DNA of 64,000 nucleotides. Source: Anaerovoracaceae bacterium. GTDB taxonomy: Bacteria > Bacillota > Clostridia > Peptostreptococcales > Anaerovoracaceae. A model generated the notes under the pieces. The model was given only the letters and a program-made list of their open reading frames with translations. It did no database searches and had not been told where the DNA came from. Location of the stretch: contig JBGUJM010000026.1 of the NCBI GenBank assembly GCA_045113935.1, positions 3,771 through 67,770 on the forward strand, read 5' to 3'. This document shows, in pieces, positions 54,633 through 64,000 of the stretch (position 1 is the stretch's first letter; each line of letters opens with the position of its first letter). Made by a program: the position numbers and the translations under genes.

Positions 54633-56513
54633 ATGATATCTGATAAGTTACACAATTTAAAAAATAGGATCTCAGTACCGGCTGCGGTGATTCTTGCTAT
54701 GCTGATACTGATCTGCACCGGAGCAGTCGTACTCGCTCTGGAAGGATATACACCGTCAGACCAGCCCGGCAGCACTGCCGGAATTACCGGCGGAGCGTAC
54801 GAGGTTACAGAATATGATTTTAAGGCGGCCGTCAGTAAGGAACACACTTATGACGTCACTGAGAAGATATCTGTCAATATACCTGACACCCTCAGAAAGA
54901 TAGAATTCGCGATTCCGTCCGGTAATTTCAGATACAGAGGCATCGAAGTGGACGGAGTGGCATGTACTGTCAGAACTTCGACTGACGGAAGCGCAGTTAT
55001 CATTGAAGATCCGGCTGCTCTGTCGACTGGTATACACGAATACACAATCAGGTACAAGATCCTTGAGTTCGCGGACAGGGATGACAGCAGAGACATTCTG
55101 TATTTCAACGTTCTGCCGTCCCAGTGGAAGAATCCTATAGCCAAAATGTCGGCAGAGATCTCTTTTCCGGACGATTTCCCGCTCGAAGACATCCAGTGCT
55201 ACTCCGGCCAGTATGGTGTGCAGGACGCAGAGAACAGGATCAGTCTCAAAGCCGATAAGGCTTCAGACATAGTCACGATCGAAGGAAAGTCCATCCCTGA
55301 GAACTACAGTGTCACTCTCAAGGCAGATATCAGCGGCAAATACTGGGAGGGCGCGCTTGACGGCATCTGGGCGGTCTTCGCCATGATACTGGTCATGGGA
55401 TCAGTGGTGCTGGTGCTTCTCATAATGTGGATCATAGGCGGCAGAGACCCGAGGATCAGGCGCATCAAACAGACTAAGCCGGTAGAAGGAATCTCTCCTG
55501 TTGAACTGGGGTATGCTTTCAACAACAATTTCAGCGTCAGGGACCTGGTCAGACTTATCATCTGGTTCGGGACAAGAGGATATCTCAGGATCAGTGAGTA
55601 TGAGCCGAAACGCTACAGGATCTACAGACTGAAGGATCCCGAAGGCGAGGAAAAACTCATACGCAACGCTTACAGTATTCTGTTCGAAGATGTGTATAAG
55701 AACAGAGCCCTCGAGATGGACGATATCGGAGAGAGACTGCAGAGAATGGAAAATGCCATCAGGGATGATGTCATGGCGGGTTTCTCCTCCAAAGAAATGC
55801 AGGCTTATACACCGCTGTCAAAAGCTTTCCGGATCGCCGGTCTGGTATTGCTGGGCATAGGTGTTGCTGCTGCCAACGGTCTGAAATACAGCTATCAGTA
55901 TTTAAGTATCAATTACATCGAGTCAGCCCTGTACGGTATCATCATTGCCGGACTCACAGCGGCTTTGTTTACAGCGATCGACAGAAGAGACTCTTCATCG
56001 GGTGAGATCGGCAGGACTATGGAACTGATCATCGGCGCTGTGCTGGCAGGTGTAGTTATATACATGTCGGTAGGGATCACAAGAGCAACAGGACACATTC
56101 TTGCCGGACTGATCATTCTGGCCCTGATATGCACCGCGGTTTTCCTGATCATCATCATGCGAGCCAGGGGTAAAGGCAATGCCGCGCTGATGATGAGGTT
56201 CAGGCAGCTCAGGAGATTCATATCTCATCCTACGCCTAAGGATATTCTGGAGAACTATCTGGCTGATCCGCAGTATTACTATGACATGATGATATACGCG
56301 CTGACTTTCGGAGCTGAAGAGTCGTGGGCAATCTCGTTCCTCACACTCGATGTCCCTGCGCCGGAATGGTACAGTGACGATACAGAAGGACATGCTTTTT
56401 CCAATCTGAGAGAAGAGCCGACAACGGTTGATTATGCGAGGGACATCAGGTCTTTCGTCAGGATTGTCGAGGGCGGCTATGAAGAGATGCAGAGGCGTGT
56501 CCGCAGGAGGTAG
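54633..56513 (+). CDS. DUF2207-like membrane protein
   Basis: N-terminal signal/TM, an extracytoplasmic beta-rich domain 'YTIRYKI..YFNVLPSQW', 'GGRDP', and multiple C-terminal TM segments. The ATG at 54633 is preferred over the TTG at 54591. Confidence 0.65.
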   Translation: MISDKLHNLKNRISVPAAVILAMLILICTGAVVLALEGYTPSDQPGSTAGITGGAYEVTEYDFKAAVSKEHTYDVTEKISVNIPDTLRKIEFAIPSGNFRYRGIEVDGVACTVRTSTDGSAVIIEDPAALSTGIHEYTIRYKILEFADRDDSRDILYFNVLPSQWKNPIAKMSAEISFPDDFPLEDIQCYSGQYGVQDAENRISLKADKASDIVTIEGKSIPENYSVTLKADISGKYWEGALDGIWAVFAMILVMGSVVLVLLIMWIIGGRDPRIRRIKQTKPVEGISPVELGYAFNNNFSVRDLVRLIIWFGTRGYLRISEYEPKRYRIYRLKDPEGEEKLIRNAYSILFEDVYKNRALEMDDIGERLQRMENAIRDDVMAGFSSKEMQAYTPLSKAFRIAGLVLLGIGVAAANGLKYSYQYLSINYIESALYGIIIAGLTAALFTAIDRRDSSSGEIGRTMELIIGAVLAGVVIYMSVGITRATGHILAGLIILALICTAVFLIIIMRARGKGNAALMMRFRQLRRFISHPTPKDILENYLADPQYYYDMMIYALTFGAEESWAISFLTLDVPAPEWYSDDTEGHAFSNLREEPTTVDYARDIRSFVRIVEGGYEEMQRRVRRR

Positions 56514-56524
56514 AAATAACAATT

Positions 56525-58408
56525 ATGGCAGACAATCAGAAGATCATAAATATAGCAGTCATCGCGCATGTAGACGCCGGCAAATCCACGCTGGTGGATG
56601 CTTTGCTTGCGCAGTCGCACGTGTTCCGCGATAATGAGCAGGTGGTAGACTGCGTGATGGATTCGGACGCGATCGAGAGGGAGAGGGGCATCACGATTTA
56701 CTCCAAGAACTGCTCGATCATGTATAAGGACTACAAGATCAATATTGTCGATACACCCGGACATGCTGATTTCAGTTCGGAAGTCGAGCGTATCATGAAA
56801 ACCGTGGATACCGTTATCCTGCTCGTGGATTCGAGTGAAGGCCCTATGCCTCAGACGAGATTCGTTCTCAACAAGTCCCTGCAGCAGGGCATCAATCCTA
56901 TTCTTTTCATCAACAAGATAGACAAGAAAGACGCCAGAATAGATGAGGTCGTGGATGAGACATATGAGCTCTTCATGGATCTCGAAGCGAATGACGACCA
57001 GCTGGATTTCCCTATCCTGTACGGGATAGCGCGTCAGGGCATCGCGGTCAATGATCCGGATGAAGTCCTCGGGATCACGATCGGGGACGGGCAGTCCAAG
57101 ATCAAGAAGACTCCTAAGGGCTATGGCGGTTTTACGATCGAGCCATTGCTCGAGTGCATAGTGAATCACTGTGACCCGTACCCTGCGAGAGATGAGGAGC
57201 CTCTGCAGCTGCAGGTTTCCACTCTGGCATATGATGACTATATCGGCAGACTGGGCATCGGCAGGATCACGAGGGGAACCATCAGGGAGGCGCAGATGGT
57301 ATCCGTCACCAAGGAAGACGGATCTGTCAGCAGGAACAAGATCAATCAGGTCTTCGTATACAGAGGCCTCAGCAGAGTACCTGTCAGCGAAGCGCGCAGC
57401 GGAGACATCGTAGTGGTCTCGGGTATCTCTGATATCTCCATCGGAGAGACGATCTGTGATCCGGACAATCCGGAGTCACTCGGTACGATACACATTGAGG
57501 AGCCGACACTGTCCATGAACTTCATGGTCAATTCTTCACCTTTTGCAGGCAAAGCCGGCAAGTATGTCACCTCAAGACATATCAAGGAGAGACTTGAGAA
57601 GGAACTTGAGGTCAACGTGGGACTCCTCGTAGAGCCTACAGATACAACAGATTCCTTCAAGGTATCAGGCAGAGGAGAACTGCACCTGTCGATCCTTATC
57701 GAGAATATGAGGAGAGAGGGCTATGAGCTGGCTGTCTCCAAGCCGGAGGTCGTAGTCAAGAGGGGAGAAAACGGCGAGAAACTCGAACCGGTTGAGGAAG
57801 TAGTAGTCAGCGTTCCTGATGAATATACAGGTCCGGTCATCAGCAAGCTCAACCTCCGCAAAGGTCTTATGAAGCAGATGTATTCAGAGGGCAACGGGTA
57901 TTCAAGAATAGTTTATACTGCTCCTACAAGGGGGCTTATGGGGTACAGGACAGAGTTCATCAACGATACTCATGGTGAAGGAACGATGGTCCGCAGGTTC
58001 GAGGGGTTTGAACCGTGGAAGGGTGATATCCCTGACAGGATCAACGGTGTTGCAGTAGCTCAGGAAGAAGGACATTGCACTGCTTATGCCATCTTCACCA
58101 TCCAGGAGAGGGTTCAGATGTTCGTTAAGCCGCAGGATCATGTCTATGAGGGACAGATCGTGGGCATGAATGCCAGACAGGACGACATGGTAGTCAACCC
58201 ATGCAGAGCCAAAAAGGCGACGAACATGAGAGCGGCAGGCAGCGACGATACCATCAAGCTGACGCCGCCGAGAGTATTCTCTCTGGAAGAAGCCCTCGAA
58301 TTCATCAGTGATGACGAGCTTGTCGAGGTGACACCGACAGACATCAGGCTTCGCAAGAAGCTCCTGACAGAACTCGAGAGACGCAAATACAACAACCGCA
58401 ACAGATAA
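56525..58408 (+). CDS. typA: Translational GTPase TypA/BipA
   Basis: '[20 protein letters not shown]', 'DTPGHADF' and 'NKID'. Length and domain order are like EF-G but without domain IV. Confidence 0.92.
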   Translation: MADNQKIINIAVIAHVDAGKSTLVDALLAQSHVFRDNEQVVDCVMDSDAIERERGITIYSKNCSIMYKDYKINIVDTPGHADFSSEVERIMKTVDTVILLVDSSEGPMPQTRFVLNKSLQQGINPILFINKIDKKDARIDEVVDETYELFMDLEANDDQLDFPILYGIARQGIAVNDPDEVLGITIGDGQSKIKKTPKGYGGFTIEPLLECIVNHCDPYPARDEEPLQLQVSTLAYDDYIGRLGIGRITRGTIREAQMVSVTKEDGSVSRNKINQVFVYRGLSRVPVSEARSGDIVVVSGISDISIGETICDPDNPESLGTIHIEEPTLSMNFMVNSSPFAGKAGKYVTSRHIKERLEKELEVNVGLLVEPTDTTDSFKVSGRGELHLSILIENMRREGYELAVSKPEVVVKRGENGEKLEPVEEVVVSVPDEYTGPVISKLNLRKGLMKQMYSEGNGYSRIVYTAPTRGLMGYRTEFINDTHGEGTMVRRFEGFEPWKGDIPDRINGVAVAQEEGHCTAYAIFTIQERVQMFVKPQDHVYEGQIVGMNARQDDMVVNPCRAKKATNMRAAGSDDTIKLTPPRVFSLEEALEFISDDELVEVTPTDIRLRKKLLTELERRKYNNRNR

Positions 58409-58514
58409 TTAGAACATGCAGATACATATTGCATGAAGTATAATTATTGAGGTATGGGTAATGTGACAGGAGAACCGTCCCTATTGTCATGTACTGAAAG
58501 GAGCAATTAATCAA

Positions 58515-59585
58515 ATGAAAAAGATTCTTGTTATCAACCCGGGCGCTACTTCGACCAAGATCTGTGTTTTTGAAGATGACAAAGAGGTCATGCGTGTAGG
58601 CATAGATCATGATGCAGCTGAGATCGCTAAGTATCCTCATGTAGTCGATCAGGCTCCGTTCAGGAGGGAAGCGATCCTCAGAACAATAGAAGAGAAGGGC
58701 TACAAGCTCGAGGATTTCGATGCAGTATGCGGCAGAGGCGGTCTTTTCAAGCATATTCCGTCCGGGACATACAAAGTCAATGACGCTGTCATCCGTGATA
58801 TCAAGAATCCTCCTTACGGCGAGCATGCTGCCAATCTCGGAGCGTACATCTCCAAAGAACTTGCTGATACCGTCGGTATCCCTGCTTTCTTCGTAGACCC
58901 GGTCTGCGTGGATGAGCTCGAGCCACTTGCAAGGTATTCCGGACTCGGACTTCCGGGTTTTGAGAGACAGTCATTCTTCCATCCGCTCAACCACAAGTCC
59001 GTTGCGCGCAAAGCAGCAAAGCAGCTCGGAAGGGCATATGAAGATCTGAATCTGGTAATCTGCCACCTCGGCGGCGGTGTATCCGTGGCAGCTCACAAGA
59101 AGGGCAAGGTAGTGGACGTCAACAATGTCAAGGATGACGGTGCTATGGGAATGGACAGAGGCGGCGCTCTTCCTGCCAATGCTCTTGTCAACCTCTGCTT
59201 CCAGGAGGGCATGACCAAGGCCGACGTCAAGAGAATCATCGGACAGGAAGCCGGAATCTATTCATACACAGGCACCAAAGACTTCAGAGTAGTTGAGAAC
59301 GCTGCTTTTGAGGACGGTGACGAGAAGATGCTGATGGCATTCAAGGCGATCGCATATCAGCTTGCCAAGGATATCGGAGCTATGTCTGCAGTTCTCAGAT
59401 TCAATGTTGACGCTATCATTTTCACCGGCGGCATGGCATATTCAGACAGATTCTGTGAAGAGATCAGCTCCTATGTCAGCAAGATCGCTCCTATCCTGAG
59501 ATTCCCGGGCGAGGAAGAGATGAAGGCTCTCGCAGAGGGAGCTCTGAGGGCGCTCGAGACAGACAAATGGGAGATCTACGAATAA
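58515..59585 (+). CDS. buk: Butyrate kinase
   Basis: 'ILVINPGATSTKICVFED', 'VCGRGG', 'ICHLGGGVSVAAH' and 'GGMAYS' (ASKHA fold, Buk type). Confidence 0.88.
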   Translation: MKKILVINPGATSTKICVFEDDKEVMRVGIDHDAAEIAKYPHVVDQAPFRREAILRTIEEKGYKLEDFDAVCGRGGLFKHIPSGTYKVNDAVIRDIKNPPYGEHAANLGAYISKELADTVGIPAFFVDPVCVDELEPLARYSGLGLPGFERQSFFHPLNHKSVARKAAKQLGRAYEDLNLVICHLGGGVSVAAHKKGKVVDVNNVKDDGAMGMDRGGALPANALVNLCFQEGMTKADVKRIIGQEAGIYSYTGTKDFRVVENAAFEDGDEKMLMAFKAIAYQLAKDIGAMSAVLRFNVDAIIFTGGMAYSDRFCEEISSYVSKIAPILRFPGEEEMKALAEGALRALETDKWEIYE

Positions 59586-59691
59586 TCAGCGCGCAGATAG
59601 TTACAATTTGACTGTATACGTGAAGAGACACATAAGAAGTGAAAAAATTGCGGATGACGTGCAGGTTGTCCGCATATTTTTCTAAGGAGAA

Positions 59692-61416
59692 ATGATGCTC
59701 AGATCACTGTTTCAATTTTTTAAACCGCATAAAAAGCTGTTTATGATCGATATGTTCTGTGCTGTTATGGTAGCAGCCATAGACCTCGCATTTCCTCTCG
59801 TATCAAGGCATGCGATGTATGATATGCTGCCTGACAAGGCATACGGCCCGTTTTTCGCGCTGATGCTGTGCGTGGCATGCTTTTACGTGCTGCGTTCTAT
59901 AGGCCAGTATCTGATGACATATATCGGGCATCTGTTCGGCGTATATGTAGAGGCGGATATAAGGGCGGCATTGTTCAGGCATCTGCAGGAACTGGACTTT
60001 GAATTCTATGACAAGAACCGTACAGGCAAGCTTATGAGCAGACTGACAGGCGATCTGTTTGAGATCACTGAACTCGCTCACCATGGTCCGGAAGATCTGC
60101 TGATATCCGTTCTGACCATAACCGGCTCTCTCTGCTTCATGTTTTATATGGAGTGGAGACTCGCGCTCGTCGTTGCAGTCCTCATACCGGTATTCGTTCT
60201 TGTTGTAATGAAGAGGCGCAGGAGCATGTCTTCCGCATCGACAGAGGTCAAGAGAAAACTCGCGGGCATCAACGCGGATATCGAGACGAGTCTCAGCGGA
60301 ATGAAGACCTCCAAGGCTTTTGCCAATGAAGAGGTCGAGCAGGACAGATTCACACATTCCAATGACTCCTATATTGAAGCCAGAAGGGTCTATTTCAAGG
60401 CAATGGGCACTTTCTTCGCCACCCAGGAATTCTTCATGTGTATCATGCCTGTCGTAGTGATTGCGTTCGGCGGATACCTGATCATGAAGGGGACACTCAA
60501 CTATATTGATCTGATCACTTTTATGCTGTTCGTCAACGCGTTCGTATCGCCGGTCCGCAAACTTGCACAGTTCGCAGAGATCTTTACGAACGGTATGGCG
60601 GGACTGCGAAGGTTCAACGAGATTATGGACATGGATCCTGTTGTCGTTGAAGATCCGGATGCAAAACCGATACAGGTGACACGCGGAGACATAGATGTCA
60701 ATGATATATCTTTTTCATATGATGAGAGTGCAGAGGTCATCGATCATCTGGATCTTCACATAGCGGCTGGCGAGACTGTGGCGATCGTCGGCCCGTCCGG
60801 AGGGGGCAAAAGCACCCTGTGTCAGCTGATTCCGAGATTTTATGATGTGACTGACGGCAGCATCCTTATAGACGGACAGGATATCAGGCACGTGACCAAG
60901 ACATCCATCAGGGAAAACATCGGCATTGTCCAGCAGGATGTATTCATTTTCGCCGACTCCATACTTGAGAATATACGCTATGGCAGACCGGGCGCGACAT
61001 ATGATGATGTAGTTGAAGCAGCCAGAAAGGCAGAGATCTATGACGATATCATGGCGCTGCCGGATCAGTTCAGCACTTATGTAGGCGAGCGCGGTGCCAA
61101 GCTGTCGGGAGGGCAGAAGCAGCGCCTCTCCATAGCAAGAATATTCCTCAAAGATCCTAAGATCCTGATACTCGATGAAGCGACTTCGGCTCTCGATACG
61201 GTCACGGAACAGCGAATACAGAGCAGTTTTGACGAACTGGCACGGGGCAGGACATCTCTGGTCATCGCTCACAGGCTGGCCACAGTCAGGAATGCCGACA
61301 GGATAATAGTGATCGAAGACGGAAGGATAACCGAGTCGGGTACACACGAAGAACTGCTCGCAAAAGGCGGTGAGTACGCGAAACTATATAAAACACAGAA
61401 GCTCAGCGGCGAATAA
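59692..61416 (+). CDS. ABC exporter, fused permease/ATPase (MsbA/type-1 exporter-like)
   Basis: Six N-terminal TM segments, Walker A 'GPSGGGKST', 'LSGGQKQRLSIAR' and 'ILILDEATSALD'. There is no N-terminal C39 peptidase domain. Confidence 0.88.
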   Translation: MMLRSLFQFFKPHKKLFMIDMFCAVMVAAIDLAFPLVSRHAMYDMLPDKAYGPFFALMLCVACFYVLRSIGQYLMTYIGHLFGVYVEADIRAALFRHLQELDFEFYDKNRTGKLMSRLTGDLFEITELAHHGPEDLLISVLTITGSLCFMFYMEWRLALVVAVLIPVFVLVVMKRRRSMSSASTEVKRKLAGINADIETSLSGMKTSKAFANEEVEQDRFTHSNDSYIEARRVYFKAMGTFFATQEFFMCIMPVVVIAFGGYLIMKGTLNYIDLITFMLFVNAFVSPVRKLAQFAEIFTNGMAGLRRFNEIMDMDPVVVEDPDAKPIQVTRGDIDVNDISFSYDESAEVIDHLDLHIAAGETVAIVGPSGGGKSTLCQLIPRFYDVTDGSILIDGQDIRHVTKTSIRENIGIVQQDVFIFADSILENIRYGRPGATYDDVVEAARKAEIYDDIMALPDQFSTYVGERGAKLSGGQKQRLSIARIFLKDPKILILDEATSALDTVTEQRIQSSFDELARGRTSLVIAHRLATVRNADRIIVIEDGRITESGTHEELLAKGGEYAKLYKTQKLSGE

Positions 61417-61424
61417 CTGAAAAA

Positions 61425-61470
61425 GGACGATCCCTTCGAAAACATCTGAAAGGATCGTCCATCGTTTTTA
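61425..61470. terminator. Bidirectional terminator between convergent genes
   Basis: ggacgatcc (61425-61433) and ggatcgtcc (61452-61460) form a perfect 9-bp stem. An A-tract precedes it and cgttttt follows. Confidence 0.75.
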
Positions 61471-61480
61471 AGTTATATTA

Positions 61481-63814
61481 TCAGCTGCAGATGAGGTATA
61501 TCACGACTGCTGCCAGCCAGGCTATCAGGCATTGCCATATAACGACCAGAACAGCCCATCTTGCCCCCATCTCTCTGCGGATAGAGGCAATAGCGGCCAC
61601 ACATGGCGTATACAGCAGTGAGAACACAAGCAATGCCGCGGCGCTTGCTGCCGATATCGCTGTACTGACGCTTCGCCCGAACAGAATACCGAGTGTAGAG
61701 ACGACACTTTCCTTGGCCATGAAGCCGGATATGAGAGCCGTGCATATACGCCAGTCACCAAGACCGGCCGGTTTCATAAGAGGAGCAAGCACGCCTGCGA
61801 TCGTAGCCAGAATGCTGTCCTGCTGATCCGCTACCAGACTGAATCTGAAATCAAAGCTCTGCAGGATCCAGACAACTACAGTCGCGATCAGAATGACTGA
61901 GAATGCCCGCTGCAGGAAGTCCTTGGCTTTTTCCCAGAGGAGCTGGCATACATTTCTGGCACCCGGCAGACGGTAATTCGGCAGTTCCATTACGAACGGT
62001 ACAGCTTCGCCCTTGAAGAGAATGCCTCTGTACAGAATGGCTACAAGTATACCAATGAGTATGCCCAGCACATACAGACCGACCATTATGAGGCCGCCCC
62101 GTCCCGGGAAGAATGCGTTCACGAAGAAAGCATATATCGGCAGTTTAGCAGAGCAGCTCATGAAAGGTGTCAGGAGGATCGTCATCCTGCGGTCTCTCTC
62201 GCTCGGGAGCGTACGCGTAGCCATAACAGCAGGTACCGTGCAGCCGAATCCGATCAGCATCGGCACAATACTGCGGCCGGAAAGACCGATACGTCTCAGC
62301 AGTCTGTCCATTACGAAAGCGACTCTGGCGATATATCCTGAATCCTCAAGTAACGACAGGAAGAAGAACATCGTCACAATGATAGGCAGAAAACTCAGAA
62401 CGCTGCCCACTCCTTCAAATATACCGTTGATGATCAATCCGTGTACTGCTTCATTGACATTGCCTGCAGTGAGGGCAGCGTCAACAGCCCCGGAGAGAGC
62501 ACCGATCCCTGTTTCAAGGAGTCCCTGGAGCCATGCGCCGATCACATTGAACGTGAGGTAGAAGACTATTCCCATGATCACGATGAAGGCCGGGATGGCA
62601 GTATACTTGCCCGTAAGGAACCGGTCAATCTTCTCGCTGCGGACGCGTTCCTTGCTTTCGTGAGGCTTACGGACAGTCTCGTCACAAAGCTTCTGGATAA
62701 ATGCAAAACGCATATCCGCTATCGCTGCGCTCCGGTCAAGTCCGCGCTCATCTTCCATCTGGAGAACGATATGTTCTATGGTCTCTTTCTCATTCTGGTC
62801 GAGATCAAGACTTACCGTGACAAGAGGGTCGCCCTCGATCACTTTGGTCGCTGCAAACCTCAGCGGCAGGCCGGAATTGGCAGCATGATCCTCGATCAGA
62901 TGCGACGCGGCATGTATACACCGGTGAACGGCACCTCCATGATCATTCTGATCACAGAAATCATTGCGCGCAGGCTTCTCCTGATATTTTGCTATATGTA
63001 TCGCGTGGTCGACCAGCTCGTCGATACCCTGATTCTTGGCGGCAGAGATAGGTACGACAGGTGTTCCGAGGATACTTTCCATATTGTTGACATCTATCGT
63101 TCCGCCATTGGCAGTCATCTCATCCATCATGTTGAGCGCGACAACGACCGGTACGTCCATTTCAAGCAGCTGCATGGTCAGATACATATTGCGCTCGATG
63201 TTGGTTGCGTCAACGATGTTGATGATGGCATGCGGCTTGTCGTTCAGGACGAAATTCCGGGAAACGATCTCCTCACTGCTGTATGGAGACATGGAGTATA
63301 TGCCCGGAAGGTCCGTAACAAGTGTGTCCGGATGGCCCTTGATCGGACCATCTTTGCGGTCAACGGTGACTCCCGGGAAATTGCCCACATGCTGGTTGGA
63401 ACCGGTGAGCTGGTTGAAGAGGGTGGTCTTGCCGCTGTTCTGATTGCCCACAAGAGCAAAAGTCAGGACCGTGCCATCAGGAAGAGGATCTCCTGTCCCC
63501 TTGGGATGGAATTTGCCGCCCTCACCGAGACCGGGATGTTCAGATCTGACTTTCCTTTCTTCAGATTCCTCGGATTCAGAAGTGCTTGGAGATGTTTTTT
63601 GTATTTCTATTTTTGCGGCGTCATCGAGTCTCAGTGTCAGTTCATAGCCATGGATCTTGATCTCGACAGGATCGCCCATCGGGGCGAACTTGATAACCAT
63701 GACTTCAGCACCGGGAATGACGCCCATATCAAGAAAATGCTGCCGCAGGGCACCAGTGCCACCGACAGACTGTATTGTACCGGATTCACCGACCTTAAGT
63801 TCTCTTAGTGTCAT
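61481..63814 (-). CDS. feoB: Ferrous iron transporter, FeoA-FeoB fusion
   Basis: N-terminal FeoA SH3-like 'LRELKVGESGTIQSV..LDMGVIPGAEV', G-domain 'FALVGNQNSGKTTLFNQLTG', and the polytopic FeoB permease with 'GFGCTVPAVMATR'. Confidence 0.92.
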   Translation of the reverse strand: MTLRELKVGESGTIQSVGGTGALRQHFLDMGVIPGAEVMVIKFAPMGDPVEIKIHGYELTLRLDDAAKIEIQKTSPSTSESEESEERKVRSEHPGLGEGGKFHPKGTGDPLPDGTVLTFALVGNQNSGKTTLFNQLTGSNQHVGNFPGVTVDRKDGPIKGHPDTLVTDLPGIYSMSPYSSEEIVSRNFVLNDKPHAIINIVDATNIERNMYLTMQLLEMDVPVVVALNMMDEMTANGGTIDVNNMESILGTPVVPISAAKNQGIDELVDHAIHIAKYQEKPARNDFCDQNDHGGAVHRCIHAASHLIEDHAANSGLPLRFAATKVIEGDPLVTVSLDLDQNEKETIEHIVLQMEDERGLDRSAAIADMRFAFIQKLCDETVRKPHESKERVRSEKIDRFLTGKYTAIPAFIVIMGIVFYLTFNVIGAWLQGLLETGIGALSGAVDAALTAGNVNEAVHGLIINGIFEGVGSVLSFLPIIVTMFFFLSLLEDSGYIARVAFVMDRLLRRIGLSGRSIVPMLIGFGCTVPAVMATRTLPSERDRRMTILLTPFMSCSAKLPIYAFFVNAFFPGRGGLIMVGLYVLGILIGILVAILYRGILFKGEAVPFVMELPNYRLPGARNVCQLLWEKAKDFLQRAFSVILIATVVVWILQSFDFRFSLVADQQDSILATIAGVLAPLMKPAGLGDWRICTALISGFMAKESVVSTLGILFGRSVSTAISAASAAALLVFSLLYTPCVAAIASIRREMGARWAVLVVIWQCLIAWLAAVVIYLICS

Positions 63815-63842
63815 AATAAAAGCCGCCTTGATTGTTATTTAT

Positions 63843-63862
63843 GAGTTAACTATTGTTAACTC
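63843..63862. promoter_or_regulatory. Perfect inverted repeat (operator candidate) upstream of feoAB
   Basis: GAGTTAAC-tatt-GTTAACTC has 8-bp arms. It lies 29-48 nt upstream of the feoAB start codon, in an AT-rich promoter region. Confidence 0.5.
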
Positions 63863-64000
63863 GTTAATAATAACACATCCGCGGCTGTAAAACTATATCT
63901 GAAACCATAGAGGACAGATTATTCAGGTGAATTCATTATGTTTCAAGATGGTTGGTGAGAAGGTAGTGAACATAGCCCGCGCTGTTGAAAGCGGCGAATT

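Noticed and set aside
59692-61416. ABC exporter as the dedicated transporter of the Nif11/GG peptide
   Set aside because: It lacks the N-terminal C39 peptidase domain needed for GG-leader cleavage and lies 36 kb away in an unrelated context.
62441-63808. 455-aa plus-strand ORF, together with 62013-62561 and 61491-61826
   Set aside because: All three are antisense to feoAB, whose G-domain and permease motifs are unambiguous. The translations are Arg/His/Cys-rich nonsense.
63923-64000. Possible 3' end of a minus-strand gene at the right window edge
   Set aside because: All three minus frames are open for only 18-26 codons and none shows a recognisable motif. It cannot be supported from this fragment.
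1-64000. CRISPR arrays, IS elements or transposases, integrases, prophage genes, rRNA and tRNA genes
   Set aside because: I found no regularly spaced direct repeats, no transposase- or integrase-like ORFs, and no T-loop/acceptor-like sequences in the intergenic regions I read. My scan by eye cannot exclude small ncRNAs.

Overview
This is a 64-kb chromosomal segment that looks like a Clostridia (Lachnospiraceae-like) Firmicute. That placement is inferred from gene content: buk, reverse rubrerythrin, nrdDG, PxxTG-anchored surface proteins, about 50% GC and code 11. I support about 56 protein-coding genes. Most are housekeeping:
- a pyrimidine cluster, pyrC-carB-pyrK-pyrD-pyrF-pyrE
- a liv-type branched-chain amino-acid ABC operon
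- metK behind a SAM-I riboswitch
- scpA-scpB-rluB, truA, typA, buk, dapB, dut and a fused feoAB
- an NrdR-controlled anaerobic ribonucleotide reductase locus

I saw no rRNA, tRNA, CRISPR array, transposase or integrase.

The observations most worth follow-up are:
1. The class III RNR appears split. The 758-aa NrdD lacks the glycyl-radical tail, and a separate 53-codon ORF with its own RBS and promoter encodes it. A membrane-anchored thiaminase-I-like gene sits between nrdD and nrdG.
2. An orphan Nif11-type double-glycine leader peptide (RiPP or bacteriocin precursor) lies in an AT-rich islet at 22.5-26 kb. A 40-codon TM ORF follows it, and no maturation or export genes are nearby.
3. A sortase-anchored surface protein carries an ADP-ribosyltransferase-like domain with Ser in place of the usual catalytic Arg.
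4. A cluster of four DnaA boxes lies in a 340-bp non-coding region far from any dnaA or dnaN.
5. An SPFH-Arc(RHH)-arginase operon sits behind TGATAT repeats phased at 11 bp.
6. A MATE transporter is fused to a SpoIIAB-like HATPase domain.

All family assignments rest on motif recognition by eye. No database searches were run.
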